A stretch of DNA of 50,316 bases from a virus (IMGVR_UViG_3300032257_000019:1-50316); one strand, 5' to 3'. Counted from the stretch's first letter, positions 1-8,324 are shown. Notes: a model not told the origin generated them from the letters alone. Made by a program: numbers and translations.

Positions 1-127
1 ATTAACTTTACGAGGTTTATCTCTAAGAGTAGTTAATTCTTTCTTAGGTTTAACGAATATATCCCCAGCAATACGTTCATGTACCTGGTTCTTTGTATAA
101 TATAAGATATGAGTCTTACGAGCTGCA
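1..127. repeat. 127-bp direct terminal overlap, left copy (identical to 50190-50316); indicates a circular assembly
   Basis: The sequence attaactttacgagg...cttacgagctgca occurs at both ends. It lies inside the portal ORF, and its length equals a common assembler k-mer size. Confidence 0.95.
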
Positions 128-690
128 GCCTCTAAGCTAGATGCATAGTAGTTTACTATCAGTTCTTTACTATTAACTAACTCAGATACATTCTGTTGTA
201 AGACAGGGTCAAAATAAGTCTTCTTAGCAGCTGATCCAATCAAAGGTAGAGTATGGAGTAATCTATCCATGTCTCTTTCCCAATGTCCCATTTGGTTCTT
301 AACCTGGAAGGACATATGCTTACCTATACGGGAAGCTCTCTTAGCTTTAGATCCATCTCTATCAAAACCATTAACCTTAGGACTAACGATATTAGGTCCA
401 GGGACTAATGCTGGGTAGGCTCTAGCAGCAAACTGCATAGAGGCAATCGTTAGAATCGGATACTTCACATTTGAAGCACCATCCCAAGGGAATGATTTAT
501 CATCTCTAACTTGAGCAGCTAATTCTACCCACTCATCACAATCTTCTTCCCATCCAGCTCTTGATTGAAGATCCATCTTAATACCATAAGATAACTCTTC
601 TTCTATTTCCTTAAGTTGATCTACTGATAAGGAAGTAACTAGGTTATTTGATTTAAGTATCTTATCTAATTTAATATTAGGTTTTGCCAT
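1..690 (-). CDS. Portal protein, N-terminal 230 codons (continues across the circular join at 50189)
   Basis: Read by hand from ATG at 690: MAKPNIKLDKILKS...SRAGWEE...SFPWDGASNVKYP. The frame joins ORF 48813-50171, giving about 688 aa in total. It lies directly downstream of TerL. Confidence 0.9.
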   Translation of the reverse strand, partial: MAKPNIKLDKILKSNNLVTSLSVDQLKEIEEELSYGIKMDLQSRAGWEEDCDEWVELAAQVRDDKSFPWDGASNVKYPILTIASMQFAARAYPALVPGPNIVSPKVNGFDRDGSKAKRASRIGKHMSFQVKNQMGHWERDMDRLLHTLPLIGSAAKKTYFDPVLQQNVSELVNSKELIVNYYASSLEAAARKTHILYYTKNQVHERIAGDIFVKPKKELTTLRDKPRKVN

Positions 691-695
691 ATTCT

Positions 696-2219
696 TTAGT
701 ATCCGGTTGCCCTGCATCTACCTTTCCTAGCCAAACCTGACCTTTTGAAAGATACTCGTCTATCGTTCTCTGCCTCTTCTCTGAGAGTAGGGGCTCTATT
801 TAAATCCATAATCTTTGCACATATATGAGCTATAGCATCTACTATATCGTCATGTACACCTCGAGGAAAGGATATTAACTCAGTTAGTGTATCATCCCAC
901 CAATCAGCTTCTTTATTAAACCTCATAGCTCCAGCTCTTGTTCTATGCTGGAATGGTCTAGCTCTTACTTCCTTATCCTGGGATACACCTACTGTATCAT
1001 AATTAACTTGTCTTAATTCACCAGGTCTATACATCTCTTTAAGTAATACAGGCTCTATTGCTTCCCATATTGCTCCTTTCTCAAATAAGAATAAGTCAGG
1101 AGTGTATCTATCATATATTGTTAGTATTTCTTCTACTATTTGAAAAGAGTCCCACCTGCCTCTTCTAACATCAACTAAATGAAACTTCCCTCTATCATCT
1201 ACACCTATAATAGCAAATACTGTATAATCTGCATAACTCTTACGAGAGATAGCAAAGTCACCCCCTACGAAGTATCTGAAACCTCCTCCAGTGATCTTAG
1301 CTATGTCTTCAGCTTCCATAGGGAGTAAGTCATCTCTACGAAAGTATGCACTTCCTTCATCTATTGGATAGTTCAAGTACTCTTGAGCATATCCTTCTGG
1401 TTTACCTAGATCAAGGTATGTTTGCTTTATTCTTAATAATCTTTCTTTAGTAAACTTCTCTGGCCATAGCATGTACTTGTAATCAGGGCTATGTGCTCTA
1501 AATCTTACTGCTTTCCATGTAGGATGCTCTTCATTAGTAAAATCAGCTAAAGGAGTCTGTATTAGTTCAATACCTTTCTCTTTATTAGCTTTAGGCATGA
1601 AGTTCTCTAATAATGAATCTAAATGAAGAATAGTACCTACTACTCTAACTATACCATTATCAGATAAACAAGGCATTAGAGCCTCTACAAACCATCCTTT
1701 AAACTTATCTCTTCTTTCCTGGTTCATAACGATATCATCATTTTCCATATCATCACAAACTATTAGATCAGGACGAGTACCATTCCATAACATACCCCTG
1801 ATCTTCTGATTACTACCTTTAGCTTCCAATCGGAAGGTATGTCCGTCATTACCTAATCGTACTATGATCTCAGTATCAGTATCCTTAATCATCTTAGGTT
1901 TGAAGATCCTCTTGATCTCCTCATTCTCAGTAAGTTCCATTGTTATATTCTTAAGGAAGTTACGAGCTTGTCCCTCTGTATTTGATACTATTACTGCATA
2001 CTTCTTCTCTCTGAATAAGAGATTACTTATTAAATAAGCATGTGTTACACTTGTACTCTTGGCATGTCCCCTTGGAGCTGCTATTGCTACTTGAGGATGT
2101 TCTGAACAACATAAATTCCAGAGATCCATGTGGAAGTCTGGAGTAGGTTGAGCGTTGTCATATCTTGCAGCTAGGACTCCTTGCGAGAATGCATATATCT
2201 GATCAGCAGTTAAAGACAT
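696..2219 (-). CDS. terL: Terminase large subunit
   Basis: Walker A-like APRGHAKST, Walker B RPDLIVCDDME, coupling motif VVGT, and RNase H-like nuclease motifs (GGDFA; FPRGVHDDIVDA). Confidence 0.95.
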   Translation of the reverse strand: MSLTADQIYAFSQGVLAARYDNAQPTPDFHMDLWNLCCSEHPQVAIAAPRGHAKSTSVTHAYLISNLLFREKKYAVIVSNTEGQARNFLKNITMELTENEEIKRIFKPKMIKDTDTEIIVRLGNDGHTFRLEAKGSNQKIRGMLWNGTRPDLIVCDDMENDDIVMNQERRDKFKGWFVEALMPCLSDNGIVRVVGTILHLDSLLENFMPKANKEKGIELIQTPLADFTNEEHPTWKAVRFRAHSPDYKYMLWPEKFTKERLLRIKQTYLDLGKPEGYAQEYLNYPIDEGSAYFRRDDLLPMEAEDIAKITGGGFRYFVGGDFAISRKSYADYTVFAIIGVDDRGKFHLVDVRRGRWDSFQIVEEILTIYDRYTPDLFLFEKGAIWEAIEPVLLKEMYRPGELRQVNYDTVGVSQDKEVRARPFQHRTRAGAMRFNKEADWWDDTLTELISFPRGVHDDIVDAIAHICAKIMDLNRAPTLREEAENDRRVSFKRSGLARKGRCRATGY

Positions 2220-2222
2220 TCA

Positions 2223-2372
2223 TTACTTCTTCTTCTTGTTATTCTTCTTAGTAGCTCCTACCATATCAGCAAACTTCTTACCCATCTTGAATAATGAGAA
2301 CTCTTCTACAGGAGCTGGTTTAGGCTCCTCTTTCTTCTTACTCTTCTTCTTTAATAAATGTAATTTAGCCAT
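2223..2372 (-). CDS. Small Lys-rich hypothetical protein (49 aa, MAKLHLLKKKSKKKEEPKPAP...KKKK)
   Basis: ORF read by hand with an upstream AAGGA RBS; its stop abuts the TerL start. It is below the ORF-track length cutoff. Confidence 0.65.
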   Translation of the reverse strand: MAKLHLLKKKSKKKEEPKPAPVEEFSLFKMGKKFADMVGATKKNNKKKK

Positions 2373-2382
2373 ATCTATTTCC
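2355..2382. repeat. 28-bp direct repeat, copy 1 (copy 2 at 2641-2668)
   Basis: taaatgtaatttagccatatctatttcc versus taaatgtaatttagccgtatctattccc, 2 mismatches. Confidence 0.85.
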
Positions 2383-2389
2383 TTTATAA

Positions 2390-2480
2390 TGGGTAGCTAT
2401 GTAGGGAATCGAACCCTTTATCTCACCTTCCGGCATCGAACCGTCCACATTATTATAATGCTGCCCCTTGGCCATAGCTC
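2390..2480 (-). ncRNA. tRNA-like element or degenerate tRNA
   Basis: Closing stem AGCTATG/CATAGCT, T-arm AGGG-TTCGATT-CCCT and 3' end ACCCA. The D and anticodon arms are non-canonical. Confidence 0.45.
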
Positions 2481-2554
2481 ACTGTTTGGCCAGGTCTTAT
2501 TTATACAGATGGGACCTGGTATCTCTGTGTTCCTGGGTGCTACCCAGTATTAAT

Positions 2555-2630
2555 TGGCTGGGAAGACAGGGCTCGAACCTGTGACTAGCGCATTAACAGT
2601 GCGCTGCTCTACCTACTGAGCTACTTCCCA
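2555..2630 (-). tRNA. trnN: tRNA-Asn (GTT) with encoded CCA
   Basis: 76-nt cloverleaf: acceptor TGGGAAG/CTTCCCA, D-arm GCTC...GAGC, anticodon arm GCGCA-CTGTTAA-TGCGC, T-loop GGTTCGAG, discriminator G, then CCA. Confidence 0.95.
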
Positions 2631-2640
2631 TAATAATCAG

Positions 2641-2668
2641 TAAATGTAATTTAGCCGTATCTATTCCC
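2641..2668. repeat. 28-bp direct repeat, copy 2
   Basis: See copy 1. The ATG of copy 1 on the minus strand is ACG here. Confidence 0.85.
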
Positions 2669-2672
2669 GTGT

Positions 2673-2867
2673 TTAATGGTAGTAAATCCAAGGTTTCTTA
2701 TCAAGAGGCCATATTAACTCCTCTTTCCCTCTCATAGTTTTAGTAACTAATCCTCTTACCTCGGCTCTTCTCTTTTTATGCTTATTTAAACGCCTATGAA
2801 GTTTGGGTTCAGCCCATATCCACTTATCCCATTTCCTATGTCTACCATGTCTATAGGATCTTGACAT
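2673..2867 (-). CDS. Small Arg/Lys-rich hypothetical protein (MSRSYRH...PWIYYH)
   Basis: ORF track 2673-2927. The start is moved to ATG 2867, which has an upstream GGGAAG and avoids the hairpin at 2890-2932. Confidence 0.6.
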   Translation of the reverse strand: MSRSYRHGRHRKWDKWIWAEPKLHRRLNKHKKRRAEVRGLVTKTMRGKEELIWPLDKKPWIYYH

Positions 2868-3019
2868 AAATATACTTCCCATAATAAATAGCCCATGATG
2901 CTTGGTTTGAACCCAAGTCTTGCCCATGGGCTTAAAAATATCTAGGTCTCCCTCCTAGTTGGCAGTAAGGTTTTAGGCTGCTTCACCAATAACTAAATGG
3001 ATGTTCTCCTTGTCGGGGA

Positions 3020-3193
3020 TTATTCTTTATCTTTCTGATCTTCATCTTCAAGAAGGGCTTCCATTTCCTTCTTCTTCTCAATTTCTTTAGCTAAGGTATT
3101 CTTGTGTTTACCAAAGATAGCGTCCCAGTTTTCTTTATATAAAGCACTAGGTACTTCAGAGGCTATCTTCTTTCTATTATTTATTATTGCCAT
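3020..3193 (-). CDS. Small hypothetical protein (57 aa) with an S-x-x-Y-x-E-N-W-D-x-I-F motif
   Basis: Read by hand: MAIINNRKKIASEVPSALYKENWDAIFGKHK...EDQKDKE, with an AAGG RBS. I recall this motif as recurrent in tiny phage proteins. Confidence 0.7.
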   Translation of the reverse strand: MAIINNRKKIASEVPSALYKENWDAIFGKHKNTLAKEIEKKKEMEALLEDEDQKDKE

Positions 3194-3230
3194 ATTAAAA
3201 ATACCTTCTTATTGTTAATTCTAATATCTT

Positions 3231-3437
3231 TCAGTTGCATTCCCAGGTCATTTTACTATTGGGTAGTCTTTCATTAATCTCATCAATTATTAGATCTTGG
3301 TGGTTCTTACTATGAGAGCAATATTCTTTCTCCCCTTTAATAAATACACCTTTAGCCTTTTCATCAAACTTAGTCTCTATTACAGAGCAACTAGCTAAGA
3401 ATAGGATACAACCTGCTAATAATACTTTAATCATCAC
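3231..3437 (-). CDS. Small lipoprotein (possible o-spanin-like or envelope protein)
   Basis: Signal peptide with lipobox LASC and two additional cysteines. Confidence 0.6.
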   Translation of the reverse strand: MMIKVLLAGCILFLASCSVIETKFDEKAKGVFIKGEKEYCSHSKNHQDLIIDEINERLPNSKMTWECN

Positions 3438-4167
3438 TTACTTCCTCTCCATCTGAATTATATGTACCTAATATACTTTTAGGGGCCTTACCTTGTCCAA
3501 TTGCTTCTACTAACTTAGCTGCTACATCCTCGAGTACTTCTTTATCAGACTTCTTCTCACTGATAGATGTAGGTTCTCCTCTTAGGATACTTTGCTTATC
3601 TCTACCAATTGATGCTATAACCATTAGGTCCTTAGCTTTAATAGGAGTATATTCTACTCTAATCTTAGTAACTGTCTCTCCAGTAGACAGATCTTTATAC
3701 GCATCCTTGATAATAGTAGGATCACCTAAGGCTAACCTTTCCATGGTACTCTCGAGAGCTTTATCTACTATTTGACCTAATTTAGCATCTAGTCCTTCTT
3801 TCTGGGCACTTAGAGCATACTTAACAGCTTGGGGCCACCATGGGGCTTCTTGCTTCCAATACCTTATTGTTGCTGCAGGTACTCCAGTTAACTTAGAAGC
3901 TTCTTTACTTGAAGCAGTGGTAACATAAGCCAGGGCAGCTCTTAGTTTAGTCCTACTATCGTACTTAACTCCAACTTTATTAATCTGGGCATCATCAATA
4001 TCTTGAAAGGCTTGTTGTAATTCCCTATCCTTTTGACGGTTATCATCCCACTCTAGCCTATCAAGCCTCTCTAATGCCTCCTCCCGATCTAATTCTTTAT
4101 CAGTCTTAGGGGTATCAGCAGGGCTTGATACTTCAAAGGGGGCTATTCTGTCTTTCTTCTTGGCCAT
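3427..4167 (-). CDS. terS: Terminase small subunit (putative)
   Basis: HTH-like SSKEASKLTGVPAATIRYWK, helical oligomerisation region and LRGEPTSI motif; lies upstream of TerL. Confidence 0.7.
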   Translation of the reverse strand: MAKKKDRIAPFEVSSPADTPKTDKELDREEALERLDRLEWDDNRQKDRELQQAFQDIDDAQINKVGVKYDSRTKLRAALAYVTTASSKEASKLTGVPAATIRYWKQEAPWWPQAVKYALSAQKEGLDAKLGQIVDKALESTMERLALGDPTIIKDAYKDLSTGETVTKIRVEYTPIKAKDLMVIASIGRDKQSILRGEPTSISEKKSDKEVLEDVAAKLVEAIGQGKAPKSILGTYNSDGEEVSDD

Positions 4168-4199
4168 ATTTGGTCTTATTTTCTGATCCGATTAAAGAG

Positions 4200-4227
4200 T
4201 TAGACAACAAAGTGTCGGTAAAAGTTC
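4200..4227 (-). promoter_or_regulatory. sigmaE/ECF-type promoter P1, GAACTT-N16-GTCTAA, upstream of terS
   Basis: Minus strand reads TGAAATTAAATT-GAACTT-TTACCGACACTTTGTT-GTCTAA. One of four intergenic copies. Confidence 0.75.
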
Positions 4228-4251
4228 AATTTAATTTCAATATATTTACAA

Positions 4252-4488
4252 CTATTTTATTAAACCCTTATCTATCAGAGACTTAGTGCTTATGTCATCA
4301 AGTCCTCTTTCTTCAATAACTTTAGCCATTTCAATTATTCTAGAAACAGGATAAAAGTCATTATTATTCATACTCATACCAAGATAAGGTTCTTCTAATA
4401 ATAGTCCTCGAGAGTCTCTATGCATCATCCTATAGGTTACTACTATATCTTTTTCGTATGAAGAGTACTGGGGTTCTATACTACTCAT
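4252..4488 (-). CDS. Hypothetical protein
   Basis: 78-aa ORF with a strong GAGGAGG RBS. Confidence 0.7.
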   Translation of the reverse strand: MSSIEPQYSSYEKDIVVTYRMMHRDSRGLLLEEPYLGMSMNNNDFYPVSRIIEMAKVIEERGLDDISTKSLIDKGLIK

Positions 4489-4626
4489 TTTCTTCCTCCT
4501 CTCTTGTAGAAGCCCTCTGGAGCCTCTCTACGGCGTTCTCTCTACTTTTAATACATTGGTACTTATATTTGTCTTGCGCCTCTCTGAGAGCTTCCTGTGA
4601 AGCCTGAGGGCATCTCTCTCTACCTA

Positions 4627-5040
4627 TTAGATCTTTTTCCATTGGTCTATCACCCATTTGGTTAGTTTCTTAAGAAAAGAAGTATTATCCAATTGTTTAG
4701 GTAACTTATTCAATTTATCCTTTTCTACCTCTATCTGATCTTTTATCAGTACTATATGTCTTTTATCCTGTACTGCTGTACCTGCATGCTTTGTTATTGG
4801 AGTTAGTGACTGCCTATCTGCATCCTCAAATAGAACCATACCCCTAGGTGATATAGCTGTGCATAGTACCTCATATACGTACCTCTCTCCTCTAGGGTCT
4901 TGGAACCCCCTACTGTAGTCCTCTATCTCAGATTTACTGTATATTATAAGATCTGGTCTATCCCCCTGATAGTTAATGCCTCTAAGTTGTCCTCCAAAGG
5001 GGACATTTCTAATCTGTCTACCATACCACTGCACTATCAT
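4627..5040 (-). CDS. Protein containing a degenerate terminase ATPase (Walker B region) fragment
   Basis: QLRGINYQGDRPDLIIYSKSEIED...YEVLCTAISPRGMV aligns with this genome's TerL KIRGMLWNGTRPDLIVCDDMENDD...VEALMPCLSDNGIV. It has a GAGG RBS. Confidence 0.65.
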   Translation of the reverse strand: MIVQWYGRQIRNVPFGGQLRGINYQGDRPDLIIYSKSEIEDYSRGFQDPRGERYVYEVLCTAISPRGMVLFEDADRQSLTPITKHAGTAVQDKRHIVLIKDQIEVEKDKLNKLPKQLDNTSFLKKLTKWVIDQWKKI

Positions 5041-5149
5041 CGGTATTCCCTCTTAACCTGTAAACCCTCTGTCTCTATTGGCCTACCCAGGAGTATTCTA
5101 AATAGATCTTTATACGTCAAATAAACTATATCACTACTAAATGCATTAT

Positions 5150-5470
5150 GTTTTACTCTCATCGGGATATCTCCTCATCAATCTATGTCTATAAGTTAAG
5201 GTTAGCACATTTTTCTGTACTCTGTCAAAAAGAGGAATACTCTAGTACGCTGTAATAAGTGTATGTATGTACTTAAAGTATGAGTAGCTCCTTAGGAATA
5301 CTCCTTGGGAGTACTCTGACTGGTCGCTATTCCAGTGGAGTAGTATCAGGTTATTACTCTTGTTTGTATTTACTCTGAAGTAGGAATAATACCTGATGAG
5401 TACTCTCATACTTCTGATTACTTACACACTGAGTAACTATCAGGATTACTCCTAAGCATAACTCTTTTAG
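5150..5470. repeat. Non-coding cluster of GAGTA/TACTC pentamers and short palindromes
   Basis: About a dozen irregularly spaced copies (GAGTACTC twice, GGAATACTC twice, ATTACTC twice, GAGTAGCTC, GAGTAACT) and no long ORF. Confidence 0.65.
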
Positions 5471-5473
5471 TAG

Positions 5474-5501
5474 TTAGACAACAGAATGTCCGTAAAAGTT
5501 C
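5474..5501 (-). promoter_or_regulatory. sigmaE/ECF-type promoter P2, (G)GAACTT-N16-GTCTAA, at the head of the leftward (late) arm
   Basis: Minus strand reads G-GAACTT-TTACGGACATTCTGTT-GTCTAA-CTACTAAAAGAG; near-duplicate of P1 over about 50 bp. Confidence 0.75.
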
Positions 5502-6015
5502 CATTTATTTTCCATATATTTTATAAATAATTATAGATAAGGCTCTAACTGGTTGATATTTGCATTTAGTCTAGGTTAGTGGTTACTAACATGGGAAGTG
5601 TTACTATGCATTTTCATGTTACTATTCCAAATATATATAAATGGGAGTACCCAGGAAGTACTTGTGAAATTGCCAAAATATAATTGGGAGTGTACATACC
5701 AAATGAGCCCTCCAGAGTTTTTCCCCCCTCCCCCCTTCACTAGAAACAGTACCCTACCCCCCCTTTTATAATTATTCCAAGTCTAGCACGATAGGGGCAT
5801 GATCGAAGGAGATAGGCGCAAATACTCCAATAAGAAAGGCACGAGATTTCCGGAGGAGCGGCCCCCCCTATATACATCAATGACTTACCACTATCATTAC
5901 CTTATACTATGCCTAGTGGATACCCCCTCATGAACCACAAGAGGCATATTCTAGAATAAAACATGATATACATCACAGTTTAATGGATTATTTGCATTTA
6001 ATTTACAATGAGCCC

Positions 6016-6045
6016 TTGAATTATTCAGATACTAGCCGCTATAAT
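6016..6045 (+). promoter_or_regulatory. Putative sigma70 early promoter, TTGAAT-N18-TATAAT
   Basis: Perfect -10, 4/6 match at -35, AT-rich upstream; 45 bp before the first early gene. Confidence 0.55.
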
Positions 6046-6090
6046 TACCACATAGAGACACAAACAGAGACTAAACAAGGAGACACACTA

Positions 6091-6243
6091 ATGATTAACA
6101 CAATGGGCACAAAATCACACGCCACACAAGAGCAAGCTTTTAACCATATGGAAGGACTTATTAATGATAATTATCATGTTACTAGCTGTCCTGATATGGA
6201 AAACAAAGGTAATACCCTAGTAATTTATTGGATGGAGGCATAA
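6091..6243 (+). CDS. First early gene, hypothetical protein (50 aa)
   Basis: ORF track 5983-6243. The start is moved to ATG 6091, after an AAGGAG RBS. Confidence 0.65.
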   Translation: MINTMGTKSHATQEQAFNHMEGLINDNYHVTSCPDMENKGNTLVIYWMEA

Positions 6244-6570
6244 TACAATGGATAATCAAATTAGAAGAGTAAACAATGGCTATATACTGACTAATTATAG
6301 AGGAGAAATGATAAAATACCCTACTCTTGTTAGTGCAATGTTTCAATTATTCTTAAATGGTAAAACATATGGATCAGATATTGACTTATGTGAGGTAAAT
6401 TTCTAATGAAAGGTTTATATAGTGATATGTACGGGAATGAATTTAATTGCTTAATATTGGCTTGTTCCCTTAATGGTAATCAATACATGATACTAGATAT
6501 TGAAGAGAATTCTATAGGCTGGTGTTCATGTCACTTGGTAGATGATAACTATTAATAGGAGTAATAAATA

Positions 6571-6777
6571 ATGACTATATTAACTAAATATACCATACAC
6601 CTATATACTAAAAGTGGGCATAGTAAGAAAGTCGAAGTATTTGCGAAAAGTCTATTAAATGCCTGTGATGTTGCAAAATGGAATAATAAAGGCTCGTCTG
6701 TATCAATGGCATGGCATAATTACCCCATTGAAACAAGAGAAGTTAAAAACCTAATTGAATTAAATAGGAGTAAATAG
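6571..6777 (+). CDS. Early hypothetical protein
   Basis: ORF with AGGAG RBS. Confidence 0.7.
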   Translation: MTILTKYTIHLYTKSGHSKKVEVFAKSLLNACDVAKWNNKGSSVSMAWHNYPIETREVKNLIELNRSK

Positions 6778-6856
6778 TCATGTTATTTTATTGGGATATG
6801 ATGTTGATATGTTTTGTATTGGCTTGCATATGGCTAGCGATTGGAGGTGAGGCGTA

Positions 6857-7045
6857 ATGAAACAACTAACAGACAATGAGAAGGATCAACTTGGTTTAAT
6901 ATGGGGGAATATTCTTGACTTAAATTACGAGGGGGACGATTGGGTGATAGATAACGGGCGAAAGGTCAGTAATATAGCCTTATACTATATATTACACGAC
7001 TTAATATATAATAGATATGAGCGAGTAAGGGGGAAACAAAAGTGA
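6857..7045 (+). CDS. Early hypothetical protein
   Basis: ORF with GGAGG RBS. Confidence 0.65.
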   Translation: MKQLTDNEKDQLGLIWGNILDLNYEGDDWVIDNGRKVSNIALYYILHDLIYNRYERVRGKQK

Positions 7046-7209
7046 ATAAACAAACTAATCATATAAACATACAGCTGAATAAGATACAAGCTAGATTACT
7101 AGCAGGTATCATTCAAGGGTATTACAAGAAACTACCCGAGGAAGGGTTAACTTATCAAGATAAGATACTCAGAAACATAGCTAACAGACTAATAAAGGAG
7201 TAATATATC

Positions 7210-7605
7210 ATGAACGATATTAAAGACAATTCAAACGAAAAGTGGGTCGAAGTGATACAAGAGTGTATTGCCGATAAGTGGACCCCAGAGAGTAAAAAGG
7301 AAGTCCCAGATGTTGATAAGTTAATGACTAGATGTACTGCTTGTCACCATTCGACACGCCTATGTACTAGCAGAGAAAACCCATATGTCGATTGTACTAA
7401 CTGTCCCATAGCAGAGTATACAGGAAAATCTCATTGTGATGGTACTCCTTACGAATCTTTAAGTGAGATATGGACCGAGGGTTTGTGTGAAGATGAAGAC
7501 AACCTAACAGGGGGTAACTTAGAAGAGATACACGATATTATTAGACAGGAGATATCCTTCCTGAATAAGGTTAAAAACTATATTCTTAATGATAGAAAGG
7601 TGTAA
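7210..7605 (+). CDS. Cys-rich, probably metal-binding early protein
   Basis: Pattern CTAC...C...CTNCP...C-DGTPY; AAGGAG RBS. Confidence 0.7.
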   Translation: MNDIKDNSNEKWVEVIQECIADKWTPESKKEVPDVDKLMTRCTACHHSTRLCTSRENPYVDCTNCPIAEYTGKSHCDGTPYESLSEIWTEGLCEDEDNLTGGNLEEIHDIIRQEISFLNKVKNYILNDRKV

Positions 7606-7611
7606 TATATT

Positions 7612-7845
7612 ATGAATACTTATAATACATATGATCACATAGTAGCAGGATATAGTATACCCAGTGGAGATATTGAAGTAAAAGAACAGGCTTTGATTGA
7701 TGTTATCAATGGCATTGTTTGGAGTGAGTTACACCAACAAGAAAATACAATTAAGTATGCCGAATCTGTTCTAGATCATGATGGTATATCGGCTTATTAT
7801 GATTATGGTGCTGATTACTATTTTTTTACTGATAGCGAGGAGTAA
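7612..7845 (+). CDS. Acidic early hypothetical protein
   Basis: ORF in a tightly packed operon. Confidence 0.7.
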   Translation: MNTYNTYDHIVAGYSIPSGDIEVKEQALIDVINGIVWSELHQQENTIKYAESVLDHDGISAYYDYGADYYFFTDSEE

Positions 7846-7850
7846 ACAAC

Positions 7851-8324
7851 ATGTTAACATTTAACCATTTAGAAAACTTTATACTTAATATTGCGCCGTT
7901 GCATTATCCTTGTAAAGAGGCTCCCAATACATTCGAGGAGCTTAAACAAGTTAATAAGGATAAAGTATTGCTATTACCTGTATTCTCTGGCGGGTGTGCC
8001 AATACTATTTGGAGTAATCCAAAAGTTAACCATGCTTTAAGAGCTTGGCATGATGATATACACCTAGAATATGATTATGATTTTTCGTTATATGGTGAGA
8101 TTAGTACAGCTAGAAAACATATTGAAGTGCTAAGAAAAAACCATCTAGGGGTATTCTCCAATCTCTTTTGGTGTGAAATAGTGGGACAAGTATTATATTA
8201 TAATAAGCATAAAAAATATGTATCGAATCAAAGGGAATTTGTATTGCTTTTACTTTGCCATGGTGTTAAAGTGGGTGACATTGGAGTGATTAACAATATA
8301 TTAGATAATATTGGAGAGGTTTAA
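7851..8324 (+). CDS. Conserved phage protein with a RAWHDDIH motif (possible zincin-like metal site)
   Basis: N-x-x-L-R-A-W-H-D-x-x-H...F...GE...H...E-x-x-G-Q pattern; function unknown. Confidence 0.6.
   Translation: MLTFNHLENFILNIAPLHYPCKEAPNTFEELKQVNKDKVLLLPVFSGGCANTIWSNPKVNHALRAWHDDIHLEYDYDFSLYGEISTARKHIEVLRKNHLGVFSNLFWCEIVGQVLYYNKHKKYVSNQREFVLLLLCHGVKVGDIGVINNILDNIGEV

Noticed and set aside
2390-2480. tRNA-Sec or the tRNA-like domain of tmRNA
   Set aside because: There is no TCA anticodon, no G3:U70 alanine identity pair and no tag reading frame.
2236-2553. 105-aa + strand ORF
   Set aside because: It is antisense to the Lys-rich ORF and the tRNA-like element; its Phe-rich sequence is the shadow of Lys codons.
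4490-4625. Low-complexity GCCTCTCT-rich spacer as a gene or ncRNA
   Set aside because: Only a 16-codon ORF and no convincing stable structure, so I cannot support a call.
5150-5470. CRISPR array
   Set aside because: The repeats are 5-9 nt, irregularly spaced and in both orientations. There is no repeat-spacer period and no cas genes.
7210-7605. c-type cytochrome (CTACH matches CxxCH)
   Set aside because: There is no signal peptide for export, and the additional Cys pattern fits a zinc or Fe-S site better.
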